DNA from: an uncultured bacterium
GTDB lineage: Bacteria > Armatimonadota > Abditibacteriia > Abditibacteriales > Abditibacteriaceae
NCBI GenBank assembly: GCA_963843795.1
Contig: CAWJLW010000006.1
Span: 2,864,375 to 2,928,374, forward strand
DNA: 64,000 nucleotides
Direction: 5' to 3'
Part shown: positions 19,833 to 29,434 of the stretch, piece by piece
How positions within the stretch are numbered: position 1 is the stretch's first letter
Layout: each line of letters begins with the position of its first letter
The notes under the pieces: model-generated
The model's database searches: none
What the model was told of the DNA's origin: nothing
The model's input: only the letters and a program-made list of their open reading frames with translations
Position numbers and translations under genes: made by a program

Positions 19833-20789
19833 TTACCTCCCAGCGGGCACAGGAATTTCGGCTTGCGGTTGTGGTTCTTTCTGTGCTTCGTCCGGGGCGA
19901 CGGGGCGAAAAGTGCGGAACACATTCGCGACAAAACGCCCATCGGTGGTGTAAACCGCTAATTGAACCGGTGCAAATTCGCGCGGCATCATCCGCATAAT
20001 ATTGAGGTCTTGGGCGAAAAAAACCGGCGTGTCAGGATTGATCTTGCTCAGTTTCAAAACCAATTTTTCGTCCTTCAAAAGCAAGGTTTGCCGATAGCGC
20101 TCGATAAGCTGACTCGATAGGCTGGCATTGATGCGCCGGTGAATCGCTGCTTGAATTTCATCCGGCAGACCTTTAACCGAAACGCCCTGCTTAACCAACA
20201 TCGACTGTTGCAATTGCGGCGGCAAATCGTCAAGTTTTACGTCCTGTGGTGAAGACCAAACATTTTCATCGACACTGAAATAAATCTCTTTGGCCCAATC
20301 GTCTTGCTGTTGTCTAACGATTTCGCGCTGTTCAATATCATTTTCTGGTCGCAGTCCCGAAGCGCGCTGCAACTTGAATAGCAAAGCGCTCTGGTCGCTG
20401 GGCTGCATTTGCCAACCACCATTATTTTCCCTCCAGTGCACGCCATAGGTGCGACTGAGCGCGCCCATGAACGAAGCCAAGGACATCTCGCGCACGCGCA
20501 GGGTGACCAGTGTTTTGGCAGCGGGAAAAGCCTCCGAGCTTTGCAAAGCCACACCACTTTGCTGCTGCAAAGTTGCCAGCAGTTCGTTCAACGGCATTCG
20601 CTTGGCTTCAAGCGAAACTTTAACTTGTAGGGCTTCCACTTTTTGCAGTTCGAGCGCGGGGTTTTCTCGAAGCGGATCGAAACGGGGCGGCCAGGAAGCC
20701 GGAGACGGAGGAGCCGAAAAAACAGCAGAGTGGGCAAACAGTGATGTCACAAGTGCAATGCACAAGGTTGGTAGCAAGCGAGTTTTCAT
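19833..20789 (-). CDS. Secreted hypothetical protein with secretin-N/STN-like segment
   Basis: Signal peptide, KVSLEAKRMPLNELLATLQQQSGV..VTLRVREMSL. ATGA coupling to the upstream gene. Confidence 0.6.
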   Translation of the reverse strand: MKTRLLPTLCIALVTSLFAHSAVFSAPPSPASWPPRFDPLRENPALELQKVEALQVKVSLEAKRMPLNELLATLQQQSGVALQSSEAFPAAKTLVTLRVREMSLASFMGALSRTYGVHWRENNGGWQMQPSDQSALLFKLQRASGLRPENDIEQREIVRQQQDDWAKEIYFSVDENVWSSPQDVKLDDLPPQLQQSMLVKQGVSVKGLPDEIQAAIHRRINASLSSQLIERYRQTLLLKDEKLVLKLSKINPDTPVFFAQDLNIMRMMPREFAPVQLAVYTTDGRFVANVFRTFRPVAPDEAQKEPQPQAEIPVPAGR

Positions 20790-21554
20790 TGTGGCCTCCT
20801 GTGCAGCGAACCCAGAGGAACATCGGCAATGGCCGAACCGTGAATCGAGGACGTGCGATTCCATAGCATCAGATACGGCTCGGTTGGCGAATTGACGCCG
20901 CCGAAGCGGGTGTAGGGTTTGACGAAAAGAAACGTCTTGTCCCAGAACTCTGGGCTTTGGAGCGTACGAAGGCTTTGGTACTGCGGTTGCTCGTCCAAAC
21001 GTCTTTGAATTTCCTGATGCAGTTGCGAACGCAAATCGGTGGGCAAATCATCGACAGCAACTTGAATATCGGTGTTCTGAGTTTGTCCGTTCCAATTGTG
21101 GGCTTGTCGAAAATACTCGTCCCACTTTTTGGGCGCTTCGACATCGGACAGCGACGCAAAGGCGGGATTGGGCGCGCTCTTTTGCTCGGCTTCAATCAGG
21201 GCAGCGATTGCGTCGTTATCGGGATTGGGCCAAAACAACAAACTCTGTTCATCGAAAGTCTGCATTCGCAGGTTCAATTTGCCGCCCAGATAATGGCCCA
21301 CACCCAATATCGTCATCCTTTTGTCGTAGCTGAGAAGTTCCTCATCATTGGGAATTTCGGTCACGTCAGCGATGACATTGATGTCACCAGCGCGGCTTAG
21401 CTCGATCAGGTAATCGTCGGTTGTCGTGTTTTGCACGCGAAAGGGAATCCACTTCACCATCGCATCCGAAAATTGCGCAGTTGGCGGCGCGCGGTTGCAG
21501 CAAAGCACAAAACAAAATTGCCACTATTGTGGCTGTCGAAAATAATCCTCTCAT
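20786..21554 (-). CDS. Secreted hypothetical protein with an apparent frameshift near 21480
   Basis: GGAGG RBS and ATG at 21554 give the signal peptide MRGLFSTATIVAILFCALLQPRAA, which must shift frame to join ORF 20786..21508. Span is 3n+1. Confidence 0.55.
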
Positions 21555-21982
21555 CGTTAACCTCCGAAAATGAAACAGGTCAAGACAATATGTGCATTAG
21601 AAAGAAGGAAGTTTACGAATTATCAGCACTCTTTTATTCCGTAATTTGATGATCTACTGTCGAAATCGCAGAAAATTGCTGCACAAGGCAAAATTACGAA
21701 ACGCTTCATTAAATGAACTCCCTTGTTCTGTGAACGATTGAGTCTTCCGCTTCCGTCAGCCCGTGAATTTGTGGATGAACGTATTGTAGACGAGAAAACT
21801 TTTTTTGTAAAAAATTTTTCCAGATTGTGTGCTATGCTTTTCGGTTCAAAGATGCTGATTTTCATTCTGAAAATTTCAGTTCAATCGTCGTGAAAACCCA
21901 AAAGCGCTCTGCAAGTACTTGCAGAGCGTGTTTTTGGTTGGAATTTGACTTTTTGAGGTTTTGCGGCGAAGATTAGCTCATC

Positions 21983-22618
21983 ATGAAACCACTTCCTTTA
22001 CGCCAAGTTCTGTTGTTGTGCTTGCCGATTCTCGTCATTGCAATCGTGGCTATCATGCGAACGCAAGCGCGCGAAAAGTTGAAGGTCTACCATTCCTATC
22101 CGTTCACGCCGCGTATGAATGTTGTTGCAGAGAAAGGTCTCAGCGATGGCACATCCAGAAACTTCCGGATTGATGCGAATTTGTTTTCCATCGGTGGGCG
22201 CGGTCAATCGCGCTGGCTGGTGCGCGGTCAATGGTTTGATGTCAGCAGCAAACGTGCGCGCGAAGTGTGGAATTCACAAACCAAAGCGGGTTCTTCAAAA
22301 ATACAGAATACAGCACGAGGATCGTATTCAACGAGTTTGCAGGAAGCGGAAAATCCCGCCCGTCCCACGTATCAAACTAATTTTGTGTGGCATTTTAGTC
22401 TTCAAGGTGTCAGCGACAAAAAATTCAAATATGTCGTCGAAGCCGTCGCCGTCCCATTTTCGCAAGCGGACGAAATTGAATTGGGAACAACATCCATCAC
22501 CGTCGCAGAAGCCACAGCCGTAGAACTTGCTGCGGCACGGCAACGATCCGGTGCGCAGTTTTTTCGTAAGACGCTGATTATGGATGCCAAAGACGACAGA
22601 AAACATTGGTCTTCTTGA
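21983..22618 (+). CDS. Hypothetical membrane-anchored protein
   Basis: 211-aa ORF with one N-terminal TM; family not recognised. Confidence 0.65.
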   Translation: MKPLPLRQVLLLCLPILVIAIVAIMRTQAREKLKVYHSYPFTPRMNVVAEKGLSDGTSRNFRIDANLFSIGGRGQSRWLVRGQWFDVSSKRAREVWNSQTKAGSSKIQNTARGSYSTSLQEAENPARPTYQTNFVWHFSLQGVSDKKFKYVVEAVAVPFSQADEIELGTTSITVAEATAVELAAARQRSGAQFFRKTLIMDAKDDRKHWSS

Positions 22619-22637
22619 AATCGACAAACCAAACGCG

Positions 22638-22671
22638 AAAAGCGCACTGCAAGTACTTGCAGTGCGCTTTT
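22638..22671. terminator. 34-bp palindrome-core hairpin between convergent genes
   Basis: AAAAGCGCACTGCAAGTACTTGCAGTGCGCTTTT. Confidence 0.8.
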
Positions 22672-22691
22672 TGTCGTTTCTTGTTTGGGCT

Positions 22692-24829
22692 TTACAAATC
22701 TTCAATGCGCGCTTGGGTTGTGCGCGCGAATTGACGAAACCATTCGCCGTTGGGAGAAACCAGAGGAAACCACCACGCCGTTGGGCGCAAATTGGTGTAA
22801 CGCAAGCCGTGCGTGACGGTGTAAGCGTCGCGCGTGCGGCGCAGACGCGCCAGTTCGACTTCATATTGCAATTGCGCCATCATTTCGCGCGCTTCTTGCA
22901 CTTCGGGCGCGCGCTGCAATTCAACCAAATGTTGCGTTTTCTCAGCGGCATCTTTTTCGACCTCGCGCGATTGCGTACAAAGCCGCTTTGATGGTTGCAT
23001 CGAAACTCTTCACGTTCAATTTTCAAGGCTTCGATGCGCGCGCGCAATTCGTTCACTTCTTCGTTTTCGCGCGCCAATAATTCGCTTTGCGCCTTGCGTT
23101 CGTCTTTGCTCAAACGGCGCGGCACGCCATTTTCATCCAATGGATTGGTGCGCGCGGCAGCGGCTTCTTTGAGGTCGAAAATGCGTTCGCGCAACGGCTG
23201 CACGCGCGTGCGCCAATCGTCGCCTTTGGCGCGTTCGGTTTCGCGCACCACGTTTTTGGCAGCTTTGCCTCGCGAGCGCAAAGTTTCGATTTCACTTTTC
23301 AACGCTTTAACTTGAGTTTGCGCGCCCAAAACGCGCTCGCTCGCGGTTTCATAATCGGCGCGTTTGGCCTGCCAACTTTCGTCTTCACTGGCCAAAAACT
23401 TCATCAAATCACGTGGCGCATGTAACGGCTTTAATTTTTCTAAAACGGCATCTTCGCGGCCACAGGCACACTGCCAACATTCGCCAAAGGTTCGCGCCGA
23501 AACCGTTGAACTTCCATAAGCGCGCGCCAGATGCGGCGGCAATTGCAGTTGGGCTTCGACCTCTTGTAGCGCGTCCCAAGTTTCGTATTGCAAACGCAGC
23601 ATCGGATGCAAATCTAGTTTCAAACCGCGCGCGCGCAGAGATTGGTTCATCGCTTGAGTGCGCGAAGTGTAGCTGGAAGCTTTTTCGTGAAAGACAAAGA
23701 TGAATTCTGCGGAAAGCATTGAAATCAAAGCGACCGCTTTACCGACAATCGCCACATTCGGGCCGAATTGCGCTTCCAAAAGCGCTGCTAAATCTTGCAC
23801 GCTCTGGCAATTGCAATCCAAGCATAGAGTAATCGGCGTCTCAGTTTCGATGAACAGCGAAGCGCCATCTAAACGCAGCGTGCCGCGCCCGCGACCGGGA
23901 ATCACCACATCAAACGGCGTCGCGCCCGCACCAAACGCATCGAGAGTGTAAATGCCGCTGCCCGCGAGCGATTCGTTGTAGCATTGGCGCGCGATGTCGC
24001 GCGTTTGGGCATTCAAAAATAAATCCAAAAATTTGAAACGCGGCAAATCGCAAGTTTCGTTATTAAAGCGAAACAGTTCCATCGAACTGCTGGTTTCCAG
24101 ATTGCAACCGCCGCCGCCGCGCACTAAACACCACAATTTCGGCGTCAGCCAGCGGTATAAATCGGATAGTGTTGCGGATGAATTTTCGCGCGCATATTCA
24201 TCGACCCAACCCAGAATTTTCGCGCCCACATCTAAAGATTCTCTTCCCGATGGCACGATTTGGTAACTTTGCGCAAACGCCCAACCTAATTGTTCGCGCA
24301 ACGCGGGCAGAACTTCGTGCAATTTCACATCGGCGGCGATAATCGATTGGCTGCCGGTGTGAACAATCGCGCGCCAACCCCACGCGGCGGTTTCGTGGTT
24401 CAAAAGCGCATTTTCGCCACCGGGATAGCGGCGCGCCACGCGGTCGAAAGCGACACCAAGAGACGTGAGAACGGCGCGCGTAGTCACGGTTTCGCTACCG
24501 GTGAAAGAGGAAATTTCGCCCGCCGCGCTCCATAAACCGCGCGTGTCGCCATCGTTGTGTTCGAGCATAACGAAAGGCGGCGCATCTTGGACAACTTCGG
24601 TTTGTCCTGCGGGCAATTTAGCGAAATAATCGGTGTCGTGAACAGCCGCGACCATTGTGGCGTCGGGCGCGACGGCTTCTAAAATGCGGCAGAAAGCGGC
24701 TTTGGTCGGTTCGTCCCACAACACGGTTTGGCCTAAAGTCAGAAACGGCGTGTGCGGGAAACGCGCGCGCACATCGCGCACACAGGCGGCGGCAGTGGGG
24801 TGAACATCGGGAAGTGAAGCGGAATTCAT
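22692..24829 (-). CDS. Hypothetical protein with C-terminal coiled coil, frameshifted near 22975-23005
   Basis: ORF 22880..24874 continues into ORF 22692..23000 (TQSREVEK..NLRPTAWWFPLV). Start taken at MNSASLP. Confidence 0.7.
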
Positions 24830-24928
24830 AAAGCGTTGGTTAAATCGAACAGAGTTTAGGCGAGTTAATGGCAAAATTGCAGCCGCAAGACGTGTTCAAC
24901 AGGACGCGCGATGCCTTAAAATCAAATC

Positions 24929-25936
24929 ATGCAACTTCACGGAACCGATTGGCAACAACTGAACCGTTTTTGTGGGCGACGGCAGCAAGCCTGCGGCATC
25001 GCCCATTTCAAACTGTGCGAAGGGGTTGAAAACGATGTCGAAGTTTACGAAGTGCGCACCGGCAGCGGCTTTTCGTTTCAAATCTGTCCGACGCGCGGCC
25101 TCGATATTATTGCTGCATCGCACAACGGACGTTCCTTATGCTGGCAATCACCGACCGATTTCGCGCATCCAAAGTACTTCAGCGACGATAATTTGGGTTG
25201 GCTGCGCGTCTTTGGCGGCGGGCTTTTGGCGACTTGCGGCCTACAATCGTTCGGTCCCGCTTGCACAGACGAAGGTGAACGCTTCGGTTTGCACGACCGC
25301 ATCGGTCTCATTCCCGCGTCCAATGTTTGCGCGCACGAAGATAGTGACGGCAATTTTATCATCAGCGGAAACGTGCGCCAGACGCGCGTTTTCGGCGCCA
25401 ATTTGCTGTTGCAGCGCACCATTTCATCGCGCGCAGGCGACAATTTCCTGACGGTGCGCGACCGCATCACTAACGAAGGATTTTCGCCCGCACCGTGCGT
25501 GATTCTCTATCATTGCAATTTTGGCTGGCCAGTTATCAGCCCGCATTCAACGGTAAAACTCCCTGCAAGTACTTGCACGCCGCGCGATGAGGTCGCCGCG
25601 CGCGGTTTGGAATTTTGGCAGCAAGTGGAAGCGCCGCAGGACGAATACGAAGAGCAGGTTTTCTTTCACGCTGTCGCGCCGGATGAGAACGGTCGCGTGC
25701 GCGGCGAAATTTGGAACGAGAATATCAATTTCGGCGCGTATCTGTCGTATGATGCGCGCGCCTTGAACCATTTGACACAATGGAAAATGATGGGCGCGGG
25801 CACTTATGTTTGCGGATTGGAACCATCGAACGCGCCGCTGGCTTCGCGCACGGAATTGAAAGCGCGCGGCGAATTGCCAATTTTGGGCGCGGGCGAAAGC
25901 TGGGAATTTGCCATCGAATTGGGCGCGCTGCTGTAA
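24929..25936 (+). CDS. Aldose 1-epimerase-like protein (DUF4432)
   Basis: PTRGLDI, GWLRVFGGGLLATCGL, GLHDRI, LYHCNFGWP, YVCGLEP. Confidence 0.85.
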   Translation: MQLHGTDWQQLNRFCGRRQQACGIAHFKLCEGVENDVEVYEVRTGSGFSFQICPTRGLDIIAASHNGRSLCWQSPTDFAHPKYFSDDNLGWLRVFGGGLLATCGLQSFGPACTDEGERFGLHDRIGLIPASNVCAHEDSDGNFIISGNVRQTRVFGANLLLQRTISSRAGDNFLTVRDRITNEGFSPAPCVILYHCNFGWPVISPHSTVKLPASTCTPRDEVAARGLEFWQQVEAPQDEYEEQVFFHAVAPDENGRVRGEIWNENINFGAYLSYDARALNHLTQWKMMGAGTYVCGLEPSNAPLASRTELKARGELPILGAGESWEFAIELGALL

Positions 25937-26027
25937 ATTAGGCGCTGCAAGTACTTGCAGCACGAAACACATTCGTTACACAGATATTTTAAAATCAACG
26001 CGCTAACTCAAATTCGAGAGAAGATTT

Positions 26028-26330
26028 ATGCACCTAACCGAACGCGAAAAAGAAAAGTTGTTATTGACAGTTGCTGCCGATTTAGCGCGCCGACGTTTGG
26101 AGCGCGGGGTAAAATTGAACGTGCCCGAAGCGACGGCACTTATTAGCAGCGAAATTTTGGAAGGCGCGCGCGATGGCCGCAGCGTGGCCGAACTGATGAC
26201 GCACGGCGCGCAAATTCTCACGCGCGATCAAGTTATGGAAGGCGTGCCATCGATGCTGCACGAAGTCCAAATCGAAGCCACTTTCCCCGACGGCACCAAA
26301 CTCGTCACGGTGCATCAACCAATTCGCTAA
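26028..26330 (+). CDS. ureA: Urease subunit gamma
   Basis: [38 protein letters not shown]. Confidence 0.97.
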   Translation: MHLTEREKEKLLLTVAADLARRRLERGVKLNVPEATALISSEILEGARDGRSVAELMTHGAQILTRDQVMEGVPSMLHEVQIEATFPDGTKLVTVHQPIR

Positions 26331-26338
26331 TTTTCTTC

Positions 26339-27001
26339 ATGCTTGCCCATCTACAATTGCTCGATTCGGCGTTGCCCGTTGGTATTTTCGCGCAATCATT
26401 TGGCTTCGAGAGCGCGGTGCAGGCCGAGCGTGTGCGTGATGAAACTTCGCTGCGTAGTTGGCTCGAAACCTTGCTGTTCAATAGTTGGGCGTCGTGCGAT
26501 ATGATGCCGATTTGCGCGCTTTATAACGGCATGAATGAGGACGAATTGTGGCGTTTGGAACGTTTGATTTTTGCCTCGCGCCTGGCGCGAGAATCGCGCG
26601 AAGCGCAGCAGAAAATCGGGCGGCGCTGGCTCGGCTTGGCGCGCGAAATGTTGCCGGATGCCCATTGGCAAACACTGCAAACTGCGCAGAAAAATGGTGT
26701 GCCGCTTTCCTCCGCGCTGATTTATGGCCACGCTTGTCGGCATTTGCAGGTTTCACGCTCCGACGCCTTGGACGGATTTTTGTATGGCAACGTGGTCGCG
26801 AGCGTGAATAATGCGGTGCGTTTATTGTTGATCGGACAAACGCGCGGGCAGGTGATCGTCGCGCAAACGTTGCCGTTGATTGAACGCGCGCGCAGTGAAT
26901 TTAGGGCGCAAAACCCGTTCGATTTCTGGACGAATGTGCCAATGGCCGATATCGACGCCATGAATCACGAAACGCTTTATTCGCGTTTGTTTATGTCTTG
27001 A
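26339..27001 (+). CDS. ureF: Urease accessory protein UreF
   Basis: LQLLDSALPVGIFAQSFGFE, AVRLLLIGQ, HETLYSRLFMS. Confidence 0.93.
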   Translation: MLAHLQLLDSALPVGIFAQSFGFESAVQAERVRDETSLRSWLETLLFNSWASCDMMPICALYNGMNEDELWRLERLIFASRLARESREAQQKIGRRWLGLAREMLPDAHWQTLQTAQKNGVPLSSALIYGHACRHLQVSRSDALDGFLYGNVVASVNNAVRLLLIGQTRGQVIVAQTLPLIERARSEFRAQNPFDFWTNVPMADIDAMNHETLYSRLFMS

Positions 27002-27039
27002 ACGTTGCAGGCATCTGCAACACAGATTTTTGAATTCTT

Positions 27040-27714
27040 ATGCACGATTATCCTCATTCTCACGCGCACACCGCGTGGAAAACACCCGAAATTTCGCGCG
27101 AACGGCCGTTGCGTGTGGGCATCGGCGGGCCGGTTGGCAGCGGCAAAACCGCGCTCGTCGAAATGCTTTGCAAGTACTTGCGCGACAAATATTCGCTCGC
27201 GGTTGTGACCAACGATATTTACACGCGCGAGGACGCCGAAATTCTCACTCGCGCCGGTGCTCTGCCCGCGCAGCGCATCGTCGGCGTTGAAACTGGCGGC
27301 TGCCCGCACACCGCGATTCGCGAAGATGCGTCGATGAACTTGGAAGCGATTGACGCGCTGGAAATTCAATTTCCCGATTTAGATTGCATCTTCGTTGAAA
27401 GCGGCGGCGATAATCTGGCCGCTGCGTTTTCACCCGAATTGGTGGATCGTTTTATTTATGTGATTGATGTCGCGCAGGGCGAAAAAATCCCGCGCAAAGG
27501 CGGCCCCGGCATTCGTCTGAGCGATTTGCTTTTGATTAACAAAACCGATTTGGCACCGCACGTCGGGGCGGATTTGGGCGTGATGGAGCGCGACACGCGT
27601 TCGATGCGCGGCGACCGTTTGTTTATTTTCTCCAATCTGCGCGCGGGAACGGGCGTGCCCGAAATCGCGCACTGGCTTGAACATCAATTGAATGACGATT
27701 TGCATGGCGAATGA
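27040..27714 (+). CDS. ureG: Urease accessory GTPase UreG
   Basis: [35 protein letters not shown]. Confidence 0.97.
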   Translation: MHDYPHSHAHTAWKTPEISRERPLRVGIGGPVGSGKTALVEMLCKYLRDKYSLAVVTNDIYTREDAEILTRAGALPAQRIVGVETGGCPHTAIREDASMNLEAIDALEIQFPDLDCIFVESGGDNLAAAFSPELVDRFIYVIDVAQGEKIPRKGGPGIRLSDLLLINKTDLAPHVGADLGVMERDTRSMRGDRLFIFSNLRAGTGVPEIAHWLEHQLNDDLHGE

Positions 27715-28510
27715 CAGCGCTAAAATCGCATTGGGCAAGTCGTCGCACTTGCGCGCGCACCTGCAAATACTTGCTGAAAAAACCACGTTGGCGCGCGTCG
27801 AACAAAGTGCGCCCTTGAAACTGGCACGCGCGTTTCCGCAGCGCGACGGCAGCTTGAATTTGTGCATCATGGACGCGTCACCCGGACTTCTCAGCGGCGA
27901 CGACTACTGTTTCGACTGGCATTTCGCGCCCGACACGCGCGCGCACATCACGACGCAAGGCTTCACGCGCGTGCATCCCTCGCGCGGCCAAACTTCCACG
28001 CAAAACACGCATTTGAGTTTGGAAGCGGGCGCGCGCTGCAAGTACTTGCCATTGCCGACGATTCCATTCGCGGGCGCGGATTTTCGGAGCGAAACCACGA
28101 TTGAATTGAACGCAAATTCGGCGTTATTCTGGGCCGAAACTTTGAGCGCGGGTCGCATTGCGCGCGGCGAAACGTGGCAGTTCGAGCGCGTGGTTTCGGC
28201 TGTGACCGTGAAGCGCGAAAATCAAATTGTGTGGTGCAATCGCAATCATATTGAGCCGCAAAAACGCGCCGCAAGTACTTGCGGCGCGTGGGAAAACTGG
28301 ACGCACGCAGCGACCTTTGGCGCATTTACGGCGCACAACGAGAATCAAACCGAGATGGTAAATACCGCGCGAGAAATCTTGCAACAAGCTGGCTGGCACG
28401 CTGGCGTGAGTGCTTTAGAATATGGCATAGCTGGCGTCGTTCTGGGCACGCGCGGCGAAGCGATGCACGACACGCTCACACAGCTCGCGCAAGTACTTGC
28501 GGAGTTTTGA
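27704..28510 (+). CDS. ureD: Urease accessory protein UreD/UreH
   Basis: [36 protein letters not shown]. Confidence 0.9.
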   Translation: MANDSAKIALGKSSHLRAHLQILAEKTTLARVEQSAPLKLARAFPQRDGSLNLCIMDASPGLLSGDDYCFDWHFAPDTRAHITTQGFTRVHPSRGQTSTQNTHLSLEAGARCKYLPLPTIPFAGADFRSETTIELNANSALFWAETLSAGRIARGETWQFERVVSAVTVKRENQIVWCNRNHIEPQKRAASTCGAWENWTHAATFGAFTAHNENQTEMVNTAREILQQAGWHAGVSALEYGIAGVVLGTRGEAMHDTLTQLAQVLAEF

Positions 28511-28601
28511 ACGATGATGGACGAGGAATTTATTTGCAATCACCGCAATCGCGCCGAAAGTTCGCGGCGTTGGGTTTGAACACTTGAAATCAAGACACAA
28601 A

Positions 28602-28637
28602 AACAGCGGCACGAAGAAAATTCTTCGTGCCGCTGTT
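28602..28637. terminator. Hairpin between convergent ureD and PepSY genes
   Basis: AACAGCGGCACGAAGAA-AA-TTCTTCGTGCCGCTGTT. Confidence 0.7.
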
Positions 28638-28676
28638 GGGTTGGGTAACTGTTGATGCGCGAAAATCTCCTGCGAA

Positions 28677-29168
28677 TCAGTGGCTTTTGGTCATCATCTT
28701 CGCACCGCTTTTCGGCGCCATCATGGTGCTGCTCGACATCGATTTGTGCGACACCGTGCTGTGCGATGCCATAGTGTGAGGCTTGGTTTTGGTGGCCATT
28801 TTCGTTTCCGCTTTCATCTCGGCTTTCTCCTGAGCCGGAGTCGTGACTTCAACTTTTTCGATTTTGCCGCTTTCTACACCAACCATGATTTCGCGCAGCG
28901 TTTTGCCCGATTTCACATTAACGGCGTATTGCAATTTACCACCTTCATTTTCTTGTTTGGCGCGCCCGACGACCGTGCCCGGATAGGCTTTCAGGGCAAT
29001 GCGTCGCGCCTGAGTCGAGTTGATTTTGTGGCTGCCTGGCATTGTCTTAGCCATTGCTGGCTTGGCCGTAGTGTGCGCGGTTTTAGCCTGTGCTGGCTGG
29101 CTCAGTGTGACGCTGGTCAAACCCAGCGCGCTCAAACCCAGAACGCCGATGAAATGTTTTGTTCTCAT
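28677..29168 (-). CDS. Secreted PepSY-domain protein
   Basis: Signal peptide, INSTQARRIALKAYPG..YAVNV..EIMVGVESGKI. Confidence 0.8.
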   Translation of the reverse strand: MRTKHFIGVLGLSALGLTSVTLSQPAQAKTAHTTAKPAMAKTMPGSHKINSTQARRIALKAYPGTVVGRAKQENEGGKLQYAVNVKSGKTLREIMVGVESGKIEKVEVTTPAQEKAEMKAETKMATKTKPHTMASHSTVSHKSMSSSTMMAPKSGAKMMTKSH

Positions 29169-29377
29169 GCTTGTTGAACTCCCTTTTGCGCTTTAATAAA
29201 TAATTTTTAACGCATAAAACAAGCTTAAATCTAGGCTCAACGGCCATCTTGAGAATTTGGTAAGTCACAGTTGAGAATTTTCACAACTCCGAAAATTCTG
29301 GCTCTGAAGATCAATAATGAATTGCGTCTTGAATAGCGGCACAAATTTGATTGATATTTGCGCGCGAAAGAAAACGC

Positions 29378-29423
29378 TAACCCAAAAGCGCGCTGCAAGT
29401 GCTTGCAGCGCGCTTTTGGGTTA
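29378..29423. terminator. 46-bp palindrome-core hairpin with central A>G variant
   Basis: TAACCCAAAAGCGCGCTGCAAGT|GCTTGCAGCGCGCTTTTGGGTTA, just downstream of the BNR gene. Confidence 0.75.
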
Positions 29424-29434
29424 AGCGTTTCGTT

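Noticed and set aside
29270..29287. Second Rex box GTTGAGAATTTTCACAAC upstream of the PepSY gene
   Set aside because: Half-site spacing is 2 bp shorter than the Rex consensus. It may be another operator but is not supportable.
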